Source: Eledone cirrhosa (Eukaryota). Taken from it: a stretch of 64,000 nucleotides of DNA. A program made the position numbers and the translations under genes. The number at the start of each line of letters is the position of its first letter. The first letter of the stretch is position 1. Location of the stretch: the NCBI GenBank assembly GCA_964016885.1, contig OZ024741.1, positions 88,474,001 to 88,538,000 of the forward strand, read 5' to 3'. Of the stretch, positions 47,361 to 61,765 are shown piece by piece. The notes under the pieces were generated by a model. The model had not been told where the DNA came from. It saw only the letters and a program-made list of their open reading frames with translations, and did not search any database.

Positions 47361-49850
47361 ATAATAATAATAATGATAATAATGAAATTATTGTGTACGG
47401 TGCACTACAACTCATCAAAGGTGCATGTATAGTACATAGAATAATGTACAAATGTCAGGAAAATGAACAGTGTATGAGTCATGATATAATAATAATGAAA
47501 TATTGTGTACAGTGCCCAGGTGCACTACAACTCATCAAAAAGTGCATGTACAGTACATAGGGCAATGCACAAACATCAGGAAAATGAACAGTGCACGAGT
47601 CATGATACACACGTGTGCATGTGTATGGAAGGGGTACATCAGGTGTAGTTTTGGCGTATTTTGGGAAGCATGAGTGTCTTAAAGGATGCAGTGTCTCAGC
47701 AGCTAACAACTGACGCAGGCAGTTTGTTCCATGCTTCAGCAACTCTGAGCGTGAAAAAATGTCTACGAAAGTCATGGGAGCTGTGCTGTTTTCTGATTTT
47801 GTAGGCATGTCCACGTGTGTTAGACACATGGAGATCAAAAAGGTGCTCAGGGTTGCAATTGGCGAGATGGTTAATAACTTTGTGGGTATTTACCAAGTCC
47901 ATTGCCAGACGTCGGAGCTTCAATGAATCCATGCCCAGGGAAGCAAGGCGTTCAGAGTATGGTAGGTGTCTGATGGAGGGTATGCGCTTGGTTGCACGTC
48001 TCTGAACAGTTTCCAGGAGGTCAATGTTCTGAGCAAGATAGGGGTTCCAGACTGATGATGCGAATTCCAAGTGTGGTCGTACCATAGCTGTATACTGTTT
48101 TAAATAGATGGCTGGAGAGCGGCTAACAAAGGTCTTGCTGAGTGATGCCAAGACACCCTCGGCCTTCTTGACAATCTTAGAGACATGCTTTGTCCAACGC
48201 AAATCGCTGCTGACAGTAATGCCCAGGTCACGTTCACAAGAGGACTTCTTGATATCAGTGTTGTGGAGGGAGTATGTGGACGCTGGATTTTTCCTCCCAA
48301 AATGCATGGCGATACACTTGTCCACAGCCAGCTTCAGTTGCCAGTCTGTGATCCATTGCTGCATTGTGTCCAGGTCTGATTGTAGGAAAGAGTTGTAGAT
48401 TTCAGGATCAGTCCTTTTGATTTCAAGGTACAGCTTGATGTCATCTGCATATTTCAGTACCGTGGCATTCTGTAAGTTGGCATCTATGTCATTAATATAT
48501 GCCACAAACAAAAGGGGACCAAGAACAGATCCCTGTGGTACACCAGATGACATCTCATATGGTGAAGAATGCTGTCCTAGAACCGTGACTACTTCTTTTC
48601 GGCTGAGAATGAAGGATTTCAACCAGTCGAAAAGATCATCCCTCACACCCATTGCAGAGAGTTTTGCCATAAGTCTTTTGTGTGGCACAGAATTAAAAGC
48701 CTTAGCAAAGTCAAGGTAAACAACATCCACCCATGAGCCGCTGTCAGTGATCCAGGTGATGTCTTCAAGGAACTCGATAAGCTGATCACAGCAGCTGGAG
48801 TTAGGGATAAATCCAAACTGGATGAGGCTGTGAGAGCTCCAGAAGTTCCAAAGTGTTTCTCTGACACAGGATTTCATCAGTTTGGCCATACAGCTAGTAA
48901 GACTGACTGGACGATAGTTGACAGGTGACATGCGGTTGCCCTTTTTGAACAGGGGAATGACACTGGCAGTTTTCCACTGCTCCGGAGTAGCACCATTGTT
49001 GAGACAGTATTGAAAGAAGAAAGAAAGCTGGCGCAAAAGGAAATACCCGCCACGTTTGAGAAGCAGGTATGTAACACCATCAAGACCAGGGGAGGCATAG
49101 TTGCGCTTATTCTTAAGGTGACGTCGCAACATTGCAGGTGTAAATTCCATAGTTGTTATGGAATTTGATGTTAAAGATGGTGGAGATGATACATTCTGGT
49201 TTTCAACAGTAAAAATACTTGCATAGCACTCAGCAATGAGTTATGCGCATTCTTTGGGATCGTCAGTGATCTGGCTTGTGTGGGGATTGCAAAGAGGACC
49301 AACTGGAGAGTGAGGTCTCTGCTTTGAATGAACATATTTCCAGAACACCTTACTGTCAGGATTGGTTGCTATGCACTGTTCAAATTCAAGCACTGCTTTC
49401 TTTGTCACTTGCTTGAGATGGTTAGAATATTTATTCCACTTTTTTCTGTTGGCATCTGATTTATGCAGTTTATATTCCCGTTCAGCGTTCCAACGTTCTT
49501 TCCTGGCAAGTCGGACCGCTGAAGTTTCCCAAATTGCACTTTTGGGGTGGTTTTTTTCTGCTTACGTGGCACCGATGCTGCACACGCTATCCATATTGAG
49601 TCCAGGATGCTCTGGAGTATAGTGTTCACATCTCCAGAGTTATACATCTCATGCCAGTTTGGGCGCTGTAGCTCAGTGCAGTACAAGTTTCAATCTGCTT
49701 TCTTCCAATCAAAGCAAGCAGATTGGAGATGGCTCTGGTTTTTGTTGCTGCCCTCAAGTGCCAGATTGGCAATGATCATAGCATGATCAGAGTCGCCTAG
49801 AGGTTCCTCAGTAGTACAACTGATAACCACTTCAGGAGTAGTGGTGAGAA
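47361..49850 (-). mobile_element. 5'-truncated CR1-clade LINE; 484-aa RT ORF at 47696-49150
   Basis: PLFKKGNR..NYRPVSLTS, DVVYLDFAKAFNSVPH, GVPQGSVLGPLLF, YADD, ERDLG, VRPHLEFAS..WNP; endonuclease end SDH at ~49790; tandemly duplicated 3' end with (ATT)n tail. Confidence 0.92.
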
Positions 49851-50063
49851 TTTGGAAAAAATCCAAACTCCAAGTAAGGCAGCTAATCAACACATATTTA
49901 GATGGTGCACTTTTGAAATTCTAATGAGTGGAGAATATAAATATGAAGTTTTAATATTTTGATGTTTAAAATGTTTTAAGTATCATTTATAGTTTTTGTT
50001 TCACAACTGCATTATGAATGATTTTTTACCGATTTCCAACTATTTTGAAGGCCATATTCATTC

Positions 50064-51400
50064 TTCCACTTCGCCTACTTATTCCTGGAAGGGTCATGGG
50101 GGAAGTCTTCAAGCAGGTCCTGTCAGAAGCAACCATCTTCAATTGATCTGGTTGGATCCCCAAGCAAAACCAGCTGAGCTCATGGCTGTTATCCAACCAT
50201 CTTGCTCAAGGTCTGCTCATAAAATATGACCAGTAATTCTTTCCTGAAACATTTTAACATATCTGTAGTATCAAAGCTCTGATCTCCGAGCTATGCAAAG
50301 ACAATTGGAAGAACCCCATTTTGTCTGCTTGTATTCACAATTGTATTATTTTGGTCATTATCCAACATTCATAACCATAGGTAAGGGTTGGCATGAATAC
50401 TGAATTGAAGCTAGTGAGTTTGGCTTTTACACCTACCCCACCTCTGAAGCTGGCACATTACTGCACCTGCTCCTGCAATTCTTGCACTTAATTCAAACTC
50501 CTGTCTTCCATCACTCGTGAATATGACCCTGAGATACTTGAACTTCACCTGCTTCAGGGGAATTCAACTCACATGCAGAGGCACTGTGCAGGCTTCCTTG
50601 AGAGGGCAAACGTCTCAGTTTTTGTAGCACTGATTTTCATTTCTGAAATGCAGCACACCCATCAAGTGCATGTCTCTAATGAGTTAAAAAATATAAGTGC
50701 ACCTTCTCTAATGAGTTAAATAATATGTTGTCTGCAAATTCCAGTCAACTGATCCTACACCCGCCAGTTTGGATACCATTTCCAACCCACTTGTCAATCC
50801 AGTTCATGAAAATAATAAACAGGAGAGGTGACAGTATGCACCCTTGACAGAGTCTGACACCGCATCATTTATCCGAACATAAATACTAGAGCATTCATAT
50901 AGACATCAGGGCAACAAGAAGCTAACCCTTGATCCCATACTCCTGCAGAAGCTTCCACAGCAGGTCTTGTGGAATGCAAACATAAGTCTTTACAAGGTCT
51001 ATAAAGCAAGAATACGCCTCTTGGCAGTAATCTCACAATTTCTTGAAGGCTTGCTGCAGGAATATTTGACTGGCAAGCGCTGCGTCTGGAGCAAAAACCA
51101 CACTCTTTGTCAGCTAGCTTGAACTCGACAACATCCCTACATTCTTTGCCAGACAGTTAGCATAGACTTTACTAAGGAAGCTTAACGAGATCCCTCTATA
51201 ATTGGAGGAAACTTTCATCTTTTTTGAAAATTGGGATTACTATTCCCGATTGCCATTGCTTAGGACACCAGAGATCCAGGTCACCAAGCACACACAACTC
51301 AGCCAGAGAATACCATCTCTAATTAAAGCTTTCAACATCTTGGGCCAAATTTTATTCTCCCCAGAGGCCTTGCTTGCCACATTTGAATTCTTTAATTGCT
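50064..51400 (-). mobile_element. Degenerate Expander/Rex3-like RTE LINE
   Basis: RT remnants (YRGISL, GVRLCQGCILSPLLFIIFMNW, KFKYLRV) with many disruptions. Confidence 0.75.
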
Positions 51401-53212
51401 CTTGTGAGAGAGGTGCATCATTACAATGTATATGAACAATGACTAACCATATTTATTCAAAACAAATTTCACCTGCAAAGCAAAAATATTTTAGCACCTC
51501 ATTTATGTAGAATTTGAAGTTGGTGAAAATTGGCAAAATATTGTCCTTTTATGTTTTGTCATATATTTCTTAGCTTATATACAAATATATATTCTCATGG
51601 TTAAAATTGTGTATGTATATAATTAAACATGTGCATGAATTATTGTCTCTCCACGACCCCAGACTCATTTTAAAACACTTCCAGTTGCTGAACTGCTAGC
51701 CAAGATATCCTCACAGTAAATAATATTGAATCAACACAATCAGTTTTATGATACAAAATTGCTCATTTTAAAATGTTTATACTTACATTAAACCCTTCCA
51801 GCATAATTATATTTAAAATAATTTTAAGTAATGTTTTAAAAAAAAAAAGAAGCTATTTCATTAAATGAAAAAATGGTCGTTAAACGGTGATAATAATGAA
51901 GCAGTGTCTTTCATTAAAAAAATCGTCATCATCATCATTTAACATCTATTTTCCATGCTAGCAATTATGTTATGAGGCCAAATGGTTTAGGTGACTATGC
52001 CTTGATCATGTAATCAAATTTTGGCTTAGTTTTCTATGACAGGATCCCCTTCCTTATGCCAACCAGATTAGTGTTGTGTACTAGCTTTTTTTTGTGGCAC
52101 CAGCACAATAACAAAAGGGTTAATGGACATTTTCCCATGCTGGCATGGTTAAGATTGCAATACACCATAATCACATCAGCAAAACTTAACCTTATAATTA
52201 CTTCTGAGACAACTGGCAACCATTTTTACCCAGCATGTATTTGTATCCCACGTTCATGAATATAATTTCTCCTGCATTCATTATTCAATTTTTTATGGCT
52301 ACCAACTTGCAAGTAGGCCACACTCAATTCAGTCTTTAACTCCTGTACTGCATTATTAGCAAAACATTCTTGAAAAGAACAAAATATTACTGATACTGCA
52401 CATTTTCACAATAATCTATCCACCAACAAAGATTCTATAAATATTCAAATTAACAAACACAGTTTTAAATATTTCCTGCTAAATCATTACAGGATGTTTA
52501 GAATTAATCACTAATAATCCATTACACTATCCATGCTAGCATCACACAAGATGTAATCTCATTTTTTAAACAAAAGTAATCATTAGCTGTTTTTTATCCC
52601 AACATCAGTTAGAAGGATCGTTACAGCCTGTTCTTATTTGGAGTTACTGTCCTCCTAGACTGGTTAAAAGATCACATCTCACTTGTACAGTGAAATTTCT
52701 GGCATGTTTTCTACAACCGGATGCCCACTCTAGCACCAACCACAGTTTACTGGGTATGTTTTATAGTGATGCCAGCATTAAAGAGATTACCAAGTCGCCA
52801 ATATAACTAATAGAACCTCTCTACACTTTGTCTCTATTTAACCACTATAGAACAGTATCTTACAACTCATTCACACAGCTCACACTTTAAGGAATATGCT
52901 ATCATAAACATTTTCTAATACTGTTGGAATCCTGAAATTTATAAGTATCAATAACAAATAGCACATCCATCTATTCAATGATTCAATTTTCTTTTGTTCT
53001 CAGCACTGTAAATAGCCACAATACAATTTACAACAACCATACTGAGATAAATTTCTCCTTCCCTTCAACATCAACCTATTTACAAGCCACCATATTGGTT
53101 AATATAGGTTCTGTATAGAAATAGTAATGCTGTTGTGTACATTTTGATACCAAACCACCCCTGGTTCTACGATACTAAACTTTATTTGAAGTATTTATAT
53201 TTATCTAAAACT

Positions 53213-53622
53213 CCTCTTCGCCCACTTATTCCTGAGAGGATAATGGGGAAGAGTCCTCAAACACTCCTTCCAGCAGGTCTTGTCAGTCTCCAACTGGGTC
53301 CCCAAGCTCATGGATGTTATCCAGCCATCTTTCTTTGGGTCTCTTGCCTGTTGGGTTTGCCCATAAAACTACCTCCTTTCTGATTACTGAATGCTGAAGC
53401 TGGTGCATTACCGCACCAGCTTTTGCGATTCTTGCACTTAACTCAGACTCCTGCCTTCCATCACTCATGAACATGGCCCCGAGATACTTGAACTTCTCTA
53501 CCTGCTTTAGTGGAACTCCATTCACATGTTGAGGACACTGCACAAGCTTCCTTGAGAGGATGAATGCCGCAGTTTTCGCAGCACGGATTTTCATTTCAGC
53601 CATGCAGCACTCGGCATCAAAC
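53213..53622 (-). mobile_element. Expander/Rex3-like RTE fragment
   Basis: ORF 53283-53666 contains VNGVPLKQVEKFKYLGAMFMSDGRQESELSARIAKAGAVM. Confidence 0.75.
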
Positions 53623-54477
53623 CTATCATAATTTTTTTTATTGAGACATATTATTGTAAGGAACATTTAATAATTCCATTCAGTTTTGTATGTGTATTTG
53701 AACTGAATTGATTTCCTGTGACGACTATAATTGGTACTTACAATTTGACAGTTGGTAGAGTGAACTTGTTCTTAACTGTAATCAATATGGTCTTGTTCAC
53801 CATTTACAGTATGAACTTACACCTGCATGCCTTAAGTCTTCAACACCTAATTCTTGCAGTTTCAAACAACTATGCTGTTATAGAGAAAGCAACAAATTTG
53901 AAAACTTGAATGTGCTCCAAGGATTCTTTATGTTTGAACATTATGTGCAGCCAAGTATATCTGATGGTTGCTGTAGAATTTGAATAATTTATATATGCAA
54001 GAAAATTTAAATGCTTTACATCATACTCCTTAGCCATAAATAAACTGTAAAGATAAATATTTTTTTTTTCTTTATATTGATAATCTAGACATTATAGGGT
54101 TTAAGCTTCAAAACAAGCATATAACTGGCAGGACCAATTATTTTTGGTATTAAGGGACGGGTTGGTTGCTTTCAAGATGAGCTATGATGATATTAACAGC
54201 AAAATGTATACCTGTTGTAACAACCTTTTAATCAAGTTAGATATTGTTACAGACACAGACAAGTAAATGACTCAACCATCAACAATGAGAACGTATGAAA
54301 TCTTGATTCAATTGTACATCAAAGACCTGCTCAATTAAATACAGTGATACAAATGAAATATACAAAAGTTTGATTTTCCTATGCTAAGAGGGTAATGCAT
54401 TTTGCTGGAAACATTGTGTAAAGTGTAGAGAATAGTGTTTTATTAGCAGGCTACAATAATTGGATGTCGAAAATATG

Positions 54478-54938
54478 ATAACAGAGATATTGCGATTTTA
54501 CCTTGCAGTTGTTTATTGGTCCTTATATTTCAGGATAAAATTCCTTCATCAAAAGAATAATTCATCATTTAATGTCCATTTTCCACATTTGCATGGGTTA
54601 TACAGGTTGTCACGTTGTGACAAAATAGGTCCGGAGACCACATCATGCTCATACTGATCTGTATTTTAGTTTGGTTTCTATGACTGGATGCCCATCCTAA
54701 CACCGACCACATTAGTGTGGACTGGGTGCTTTTTATCAGGGAATCAAAACAACCACCTTACAGAGTGAATTGGGCATTTTTTGTCATCTCACTGAGGAAA
54801 CTAATTCGGAGCAGGCCATTTGTAAGCGATAAAAGATATCTTGCTCAGATTTAGTTATTCTTTTGATGAAGGAATTTTATCCAGAAATATAAGGAATATT
54901 GAACAGCTGCAAGATAGGATCCCAACATCTTAGTTATT
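54478..54938. repeat. About 80-bp inverted arms (54478-54560 and 54855-54938) around an RTE-tail insertion; related sequence at 42100-42350
   Basis: ccttatatttc.ggataaaattccttcatcaaaagaataa is mirrored by ttattcttttgatgaaggaattttatcc.gaaatataagg. Confidence 0.7.
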
Positions 54939-55096
54939 AATTTTTTAACAATTAATGTCCCATTTGTATTGTGGTAGCTTCCTATGATACTTGAACCATG
55001 ACTGAAAAATTAATTACATTTTATACAGGCAAAAAATAAGTGAGATCCAATAAAAACTGAAGAGAAAACAAAATTATTATCTTGAACATTTAATGT

Positions 55097-55102
55097 TTTA
55101 TT
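55097..55102 (-). terminator. Candidate polyadenylation signal of the zinc-finger gene
   Basis: AATAAA on the minus strand about 1.1 kb after the stop, followed by T-rich sequence. Confidence 0.4.
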
Positions 55103-56195
55103 TCAACACCCACCATGGCTGGTTGAGAAATGAAATTATAATGGTTACATATTTACATGTTATTTCCTATATTCTGTTTGTTGAAAATTATAGAAATGAA
55201 TAGTTAAAGTCTTAAAACTGAAGAGTAGTAATGTCATTGGAGCTGAGTAGTAAAATATCAGAGATCATGAGCCAATAGCTTCATGATGTGAAATAGAAAA
55301 CAACTTAAGATTATCAATCTTTTAACACCACTTTCTTAGTACATTATTATGACCAATGTTTAAAATGGCATTAAAGATTAGCTGAGTTTTCACCACAGTT
55401 AGTTTCAAGAAGTAAGCAAAAAAGGAAGATTACTTTCAAAGCATTAAGAAATAGAAGTGACAAATTGAAGTATATCATAATCTACTATATGTAACATTCC
55501 CCCCCTCCTCCTCCTCCTCATCATCATCACTGTTTAACGTCTATTTTCCATGCTTGCATGAGTTAGACGGGGTCGTCCACGTCATGAGACAAGTCTGTCC
55601 AGATTGGCAGTGCTATGCCTTGCTCAGATGGAGCTGTAAATTTGCCCTTCTTAACACCAACCACATTTACAGTGTGAAACTGGATGGCACCAGTCATAAT
55701 GGTAGGATTTGAAAACAAACTAAAAGAATGAACATAATATGTAATGAAAAGAGAATATAACACACAAGTAGATTTGTGAAAATGTGTGTTGTATGACTGT
55801 GACCTTTTAGGAGTTATCATAACGGAATGGATTTGTTAATGTTACATTTTATCCTCCTCACTCACAAAAAAAAAAAACCCCTAAATATTATATACAGCAT
55901 TTCATAAACAAAATATATCGTCAGGTTTTCAAGTGTGTATATATATCGCAAAGGATAAAATAATCTGTAGAAATATTTTGAATAAAACTGTCTGTGGATT
56001 ATAAAAGGACGAATAACAGAGCAAAAATATGGCTTGTTATGATGTGTTAATAATAAATTCAGAATAATGATATGTTCACTACCAATAAATGTGTGATGCT
56101 CTCTATGCAATAATTCACCTCCACATAACAAAACATTACTGTAGTAAATTGAACCACTTCAGATAAAACATGACCACCATAAATGGTAATGTTTA

Positions 56196-58984
56196 TTATG
56201 GCTCTTCAAATTTCACAACAACATCACCTAACCTTCGAGTTATGCTCCCAGAACGATCCATCTCAACTGTTGACTCCATTAAATTATGTTCCAGGTCACC
56301 TAGAGCGGCAACATGAATATCATAATCCTCTTTGTTTTTGCTAACCCAATCATTACAGTGAACACATTCATAAACTATACCTCCCTCATGGGCAACATTG
56401 TGGAACAGAAACTTCTTGTAATCTAAGTCATTAAAAAGGCAATCTCCATAATCACAGAGGTATAATTGGGAAGGTTTCTGCAAATCAAATGCCACACAAT
56501 CTCGTACCATCATACACACATTGGGATGCTGTTCAAAATAATGTACTTTCATATCTTCAAGTGATGTTGCTATGGTATTATTGCAAGAGAGACATTTGTA
56601 GGCTTGTACATAGCACACTTTTTTATTAACAGAGGCATTCATGTCAGGAATGTTGTGGTTAAGAATTTTGTGCCTCTCCATTTCACTGCTAAATGTACTC
56701 ATGAAGTAACAGTCAGCTTGTGGACAAAACTGAATTGTTCGTAAGCTACCACCCTTGCAGGTAAAGGCTGTTAAGTTGCATTTGGGATGAGCTGTAGTTA
56801 AGTGAATTTTGATTGTTTCAACAGATGCTGTATAGAAGTCACATCGGTAGCACCGATAACTGATATCATCTGCATTAACAGGAGCCACAGATTCTTCCAT
56901 TACTGAATCAGTCATGTCCGATTCTTGAATATTTGAATCATTAGCTTTATTCTTCTTCTCTTCAACCATCTTTTTGGCTTCGGCACTATTTGTAGCAATC
57001 ATCAGCTTCTTCTCTGGAATGCGATGTTCTCGGTCCATGTGATTCTTCAGTTTGCTGTAGTCTCTGCTATACCAAGCACAATATTTACACAAATAAAGGA
57101 AAGACATAAGACTGTCAACAGCCTTCAAATCTCGTACAACAAAACTGTTCTTGGCATGAGACATATTTAAATGGTTCTTTACAGAAATTAAAGAATCAGT
57201 TTCAAATTTGCAGTAATGACACCCATAGTCTTCTTCAACTTTGGACTTTTTACCAGATTTCTTAGTATCACCTTTACTGTTTTTCTTGAGACACTTTTTA
57301 GCAAATTGTACAGTCATCTGCAAGCCTGTTGGTTTACTGGTTTTGGTAAGATTAGGTGCAATCACAGGTAGCGGTGTGCAGCGGTCAACGTGCTGTGTAT
57401 ATGTGATAGGATCCGTTGACTGGAATGGACATTTATTTTTGCAGCAGAAAAATATATAACGTTTAGCTTTGTTCTTTCTAATTCTTTTATCAATGCAATA
57501 AAATTTACCTCCAGGGTGAATTCTGAACATGTGTTCTCGAACTTTTTGCATTTCTTTAGATTTAAATTCACAGGAATTACATTCATAAATTTCCATCAAA
57601 TTCTTTGGTGCTTCTCCCTCTGAATCTGAACTTGAAGAATCTGAACTTGATGTAGATTTGGATTGCTTCTTATCAGACTTTTCATTTCTTCGCAGTGATC
57701 GTCTGGAAGAAAGGCTAACATTATCATCATCATCGTCGTCGTCATCATCACTTGAATCAACACTATTCCTCTTTTTCCTTTTTCTTTGACCTCTTGAACT
57801 CTTAGAATTGTCATTGTCAGTTATAGCAGGCTTCTTTTTGGAAGTAGAAGGCTCATCTACAATCAACGATGACCTTTTGGGGCTGGAAGCTGGATGAACA
57901 ACCAGAGCCTGTCCATTTTCCACCTTGTCTCCTGAATTCTTGAGTTTTTTAGTTTTGGAATTTTCCGCATCATATGAAAGAAGATAACTATCATAATCCT
58001 GTCGAGGTTTTTTAATGAGATTTCCTTTTGAGTCATCTAATGAATCATCAGACTGTAAGAGGCAAACTTGGAGGTAATCAGGTAATAAAGCATAATATTT
58101 TAAAGAGACTGAGGTTTCTTGGAATTCTGCATGGACATTAGATGAGTGGTTGATAACATCTGCGCGTGAAAAGGACTGATAACTACAATGTTTACAATGA
58201 AACCTGTGTGAGATAATATGCTGGGAAAGTTCATTTTTGTCATCGGTCTTGAAAGGACAAAAGTTACACCAGTAATAAGTCAAGTCGATATTTGACACAA
58301 ACATTCCACTGTGTGATCGAAATAAAACAGGTGCCCCTAGAGCACAGATAACTTCATGTTTCTGCACCTTCAATACTTTAGTAGCAGCATCTTCTTTCAC
58401 ATCCATTTGCATGAGTGCACTAGGAAAATGAGTTTTATCTTTTTCTGGAATTGAACAGTTTCGTGTGGGTGACTTAGGTCTCAGTATAGTACCAGCAATA
58501 TTGTGACCTTTGTATTTCAGTTGAGCAATACTCTTCTTTGTTGCTTTGGTTACTTGGGCAGTAGAACCAGAATTGACAGGGAAAGAAATGCTATCCTCAG
58601 ATGGAGGGAACATAATCCCATCTTGGTTATCAGAAGAGGTCTTTTTTGTAGGGTTTGTCTGTTGTGCATCAATAGTTTGGTTGGTGTTTGCACCATTATC
58701 TGTAGACTTGGAAGCCTTTTCAGTTTTGGCAATCAGCTGCTCTAATAATCCTTTCATTTTCTTGATTTCCAACAAAGGATCTTTATTTTCACTAGAATCA
58801 TTATTTACATCAAACTGATTCTCCTCAATTGAATCAGCCAACTGAGAAGAATTTGACATTTTAGGAGAGAGATTCTGTTTATCATTTGAAAGGCTATCAA
58901 AACCAGATTGAGAATCAGACTGGTGCAAGTGATCACCCGGGGCCAATGATTCAAGGTTTGTAATCAGCAGATTATCATTATCAC
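56196..58984 (-). CDS. Terminal exon (>925 codons) of a multi-C2H2 zinc-finger protein; upstream exon(s) not identified
   Basis: Open frame extends from the TTG at 58946 to an acceptor ttttcctcttgtag| (exon starts at 58984, phase 1); about 10-11 C2H2/C2HC fingers; basic RKRKKR; acidic and Ser-rich tracts. Confidence 0.9.
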
Positions 58985-59359
58985 CTACAAGAGGAAAAAT
59001 AAAATATAATAATAATTTTTAAATCTATAAATATGAAACTGAAACATTTTAATTGTGAACTTTTAATATCCTATAATGATTTAGTAGAAAATATAAAAAA
59101 ATGGGTTTGTAAATTCAAATATTTATATGTATCTTTACTAATGGGGAGAGAATATTGTGAAAATTTGCAGTAAAGAATAATTTTTAATGTGATGCAGTCA
59201 TAGTGTTGTTTTCAACTTTTCAATAATGCCTTGCTAATGTGGTTTGATGTAGTAAAGGATATTAAATGTTAAACATAAATTTCATGATTGCTCCCGTGTA
59301 AGCAAACAGTACTTGACCCAACTTCTTAAGATATTCATCAAAATTATCAGTTATTTGTA

Positions 59360-61010
59360 ATCATCATCATCATCATCGTTTAACGTCCATCTTCCACGCT
59401 TGCATGGGTTTGGACGAGAGTTTTCCCACTTGAGGCAAGAGTGGTTGTCTTGCTCGCATAGGACTGTCTGGTGGGTTTTCTACGGCGGGATGCCCTTCCT
59501 AACACCAACCACGTTTACAGTGTGGACTGGGAGGTTTTTACTGTGTTACCTACACGGCCACATTACAGCGTGGACTGTGTGTGTTTTTGTCGTGACACCT
59601 ACACGACCTCATTTGTTTCGGACTGGATATTGTGGTACCAACATAACTTTACATTGAAAGGGGTGGGGGTAGTGGGATGGGGGTGTATTTTGTTAGAGAT
59701 GCCTACTGACTGTAGTAGGTTTCACTTTGTACTTAGGTAAGGCGGGTCTTCTGTATTACTGTGTAGCGCCAAAGATCTCGGTCCAGTGACATTGTCTTGG
59801 AGAGGTGTAAGTGTGTGAGGTCGGAATTTATCAAGTCGTTCCAGGTTTTTCTGGGTCTGCCTACTCCGTGGCTACCGTCTATTTTTATTGCCCTGCACTG
59901 TTTTATACAGCTGTCGTCTCTCATGCGCATCACGTGACCATACCAACGTAGTCTTCTCTCGAGTAAACAACATCTAATTTTTCGCTTAGTTCGTTTATGC
60001 TTTGCCGTTCACGTATATTACTATTACACATCCAGCGGAGCATGCAAGCTTCGTTCCTCTCCAGTCTGCGTATATCCTCTGCACACAATGCCCAGGTCTC
60101 ACTGCCATGTAACATTGCTGTTCGTATGCAGGCATCATACAGCCTGCCTTTCATTTTTAGAGAGAACCCTTTAGCGGCTAATAGTGGTATAAGCTCTCTG
60201 AACTTTTTCCATCCAGTTCTGACTCTAGCTACTGTACTTTCAGAGCACCCTCCACCACTGCTGATTTTGTCACCCAAGTAATGGAAGGTGTCCACTATTT
60301 CTATAGAACCATCTGTGCAATGGAATGAGCTAGTATTCTGTGGGCACTTGCTGCTACTTATTGCACCAGAGCACCGGCCACATATAAAATCTATATTCTT
60401 AGTTAGCTTACCTGTGATCCCACTAGATCTTTTATGCACCCATACTTTGCATTTGGGACATAAAATGGAGTTTCTACCTACTCCTTTCCTACACACTGAG
60501 CATGGCCATTTCCCGGATGGGACCGGTGCCCTATTTTCCTTCCTACAAACTAGAACTTTAATCTTAGACAGGTTAATTTTAAGGCCTTTTGATTCTAGGC
60601 CATGCTTCCATGTTTGGAATTTCTTCTCTAGTTCAGCCATTGATTCAGCTATGAGCGTTAGATCATCTGCGTATAGGAGTTCCCATGGGCAGCCGGTCTT
60701 GAACTCCACTGTTATAGCCTGAAGGGCAATAATAAATAGTAGGGGGCTAAGAACGGAGCCGTGATGAACATCAACTTTTACGCTAAACTCTTCACTATAT
60801 TCGTTGTTAATTCTAACCTTGCTGACTGTTTCTTTATACATGGCTTGTATAGCTCTCACAAGCTATTCATCAACACCTAGTTTTCTAAGAGCCCACCAGA
60901 TAATGGAACGGGGGGACTCTGTCAAAGGCTTTCTCCAAGTCGACAAAAGCTAAGTATAGGGGTTTACTTTTAGCTAGGTACTTCTCCTGTAGTTGTCATA
61001 CAATGAAAAG
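59360..61010 (-). mobile_element. 5'-truncated RTE LINE (subfamily C), near-identical to and inverted relative to 19950-22193
   Basis: ORF 59930-60859 has LYADDL, PHD insert and FHYLG; same 3' UTR and (GAT)n tail. Confidence 0.93.
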
Positions 61011-61545
61011 TCCTATCTTTTAATCAGTTAAGATCATTGGTCTCTAGAACTTTCACAACATACTGGTGGTGCCCACTCCCCTAAATAAAATATGTCAGGA
61101 AATAGCACAATGTCAGCGATAAATCAACAACCAACACATCAAGATCATCCATTCTGTCAATGATTGTTCTACTCTTCTTAAATTTTATCCACTTTCTTAC
61201 ATTTATGGAAACTTGAACATTTAATGAAAGATATTTTAAAACAGAATGTGATAGAGAGGTTTGTGTGCTATTTTGACCTAGAGGGCTATACTGGCAGGAA
61301 TCTAATTCTTGGTAAGTCCAATTTTACCAAACAGGCCTAAGGGTAGGAACCAGACTAAATCTTAATCACTAGGAGTAAGCCTCAATGACAAAAAAACAAC
61401 AACAAAAAAAATCTACACCATAGAATGGCAGCATGGTGGGTGTGTGATATCAGCAGAGGAACTAGAATATGCAAACAGCAGTTCATTCTAGAGGTTGAGA
61501 GGAAGATCATCATGGCAACAGTTTGGATAAAACATTTTCCATTAA

Positions 61546-61765
61546 CCCTTTAGCATCACATTACTCTATATTTACTATTGTATTTTCACAGTAAAGGCTT
61601 TATCTCACATAATTATTCACATCGAATCTATGAGATTTTGATATTATTATTATTTACTTTGAAAACAAGACCTTAACATCAGTATGAGTGGCTAGTTACG
61701 GTAGGTTTGAACAGAAAGAGGTGAGAGAATTCTGGCTGGATATGGCCGGTTTAAATGCTAAAGGG
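61546..61765 (-). mobile_element. piggyBac-like MITE, 220 bp, TTAA TSD
   Basis: ttaa-ccctttagcat ... atgctaaaggg-ttaa. Confidence 0.85.
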
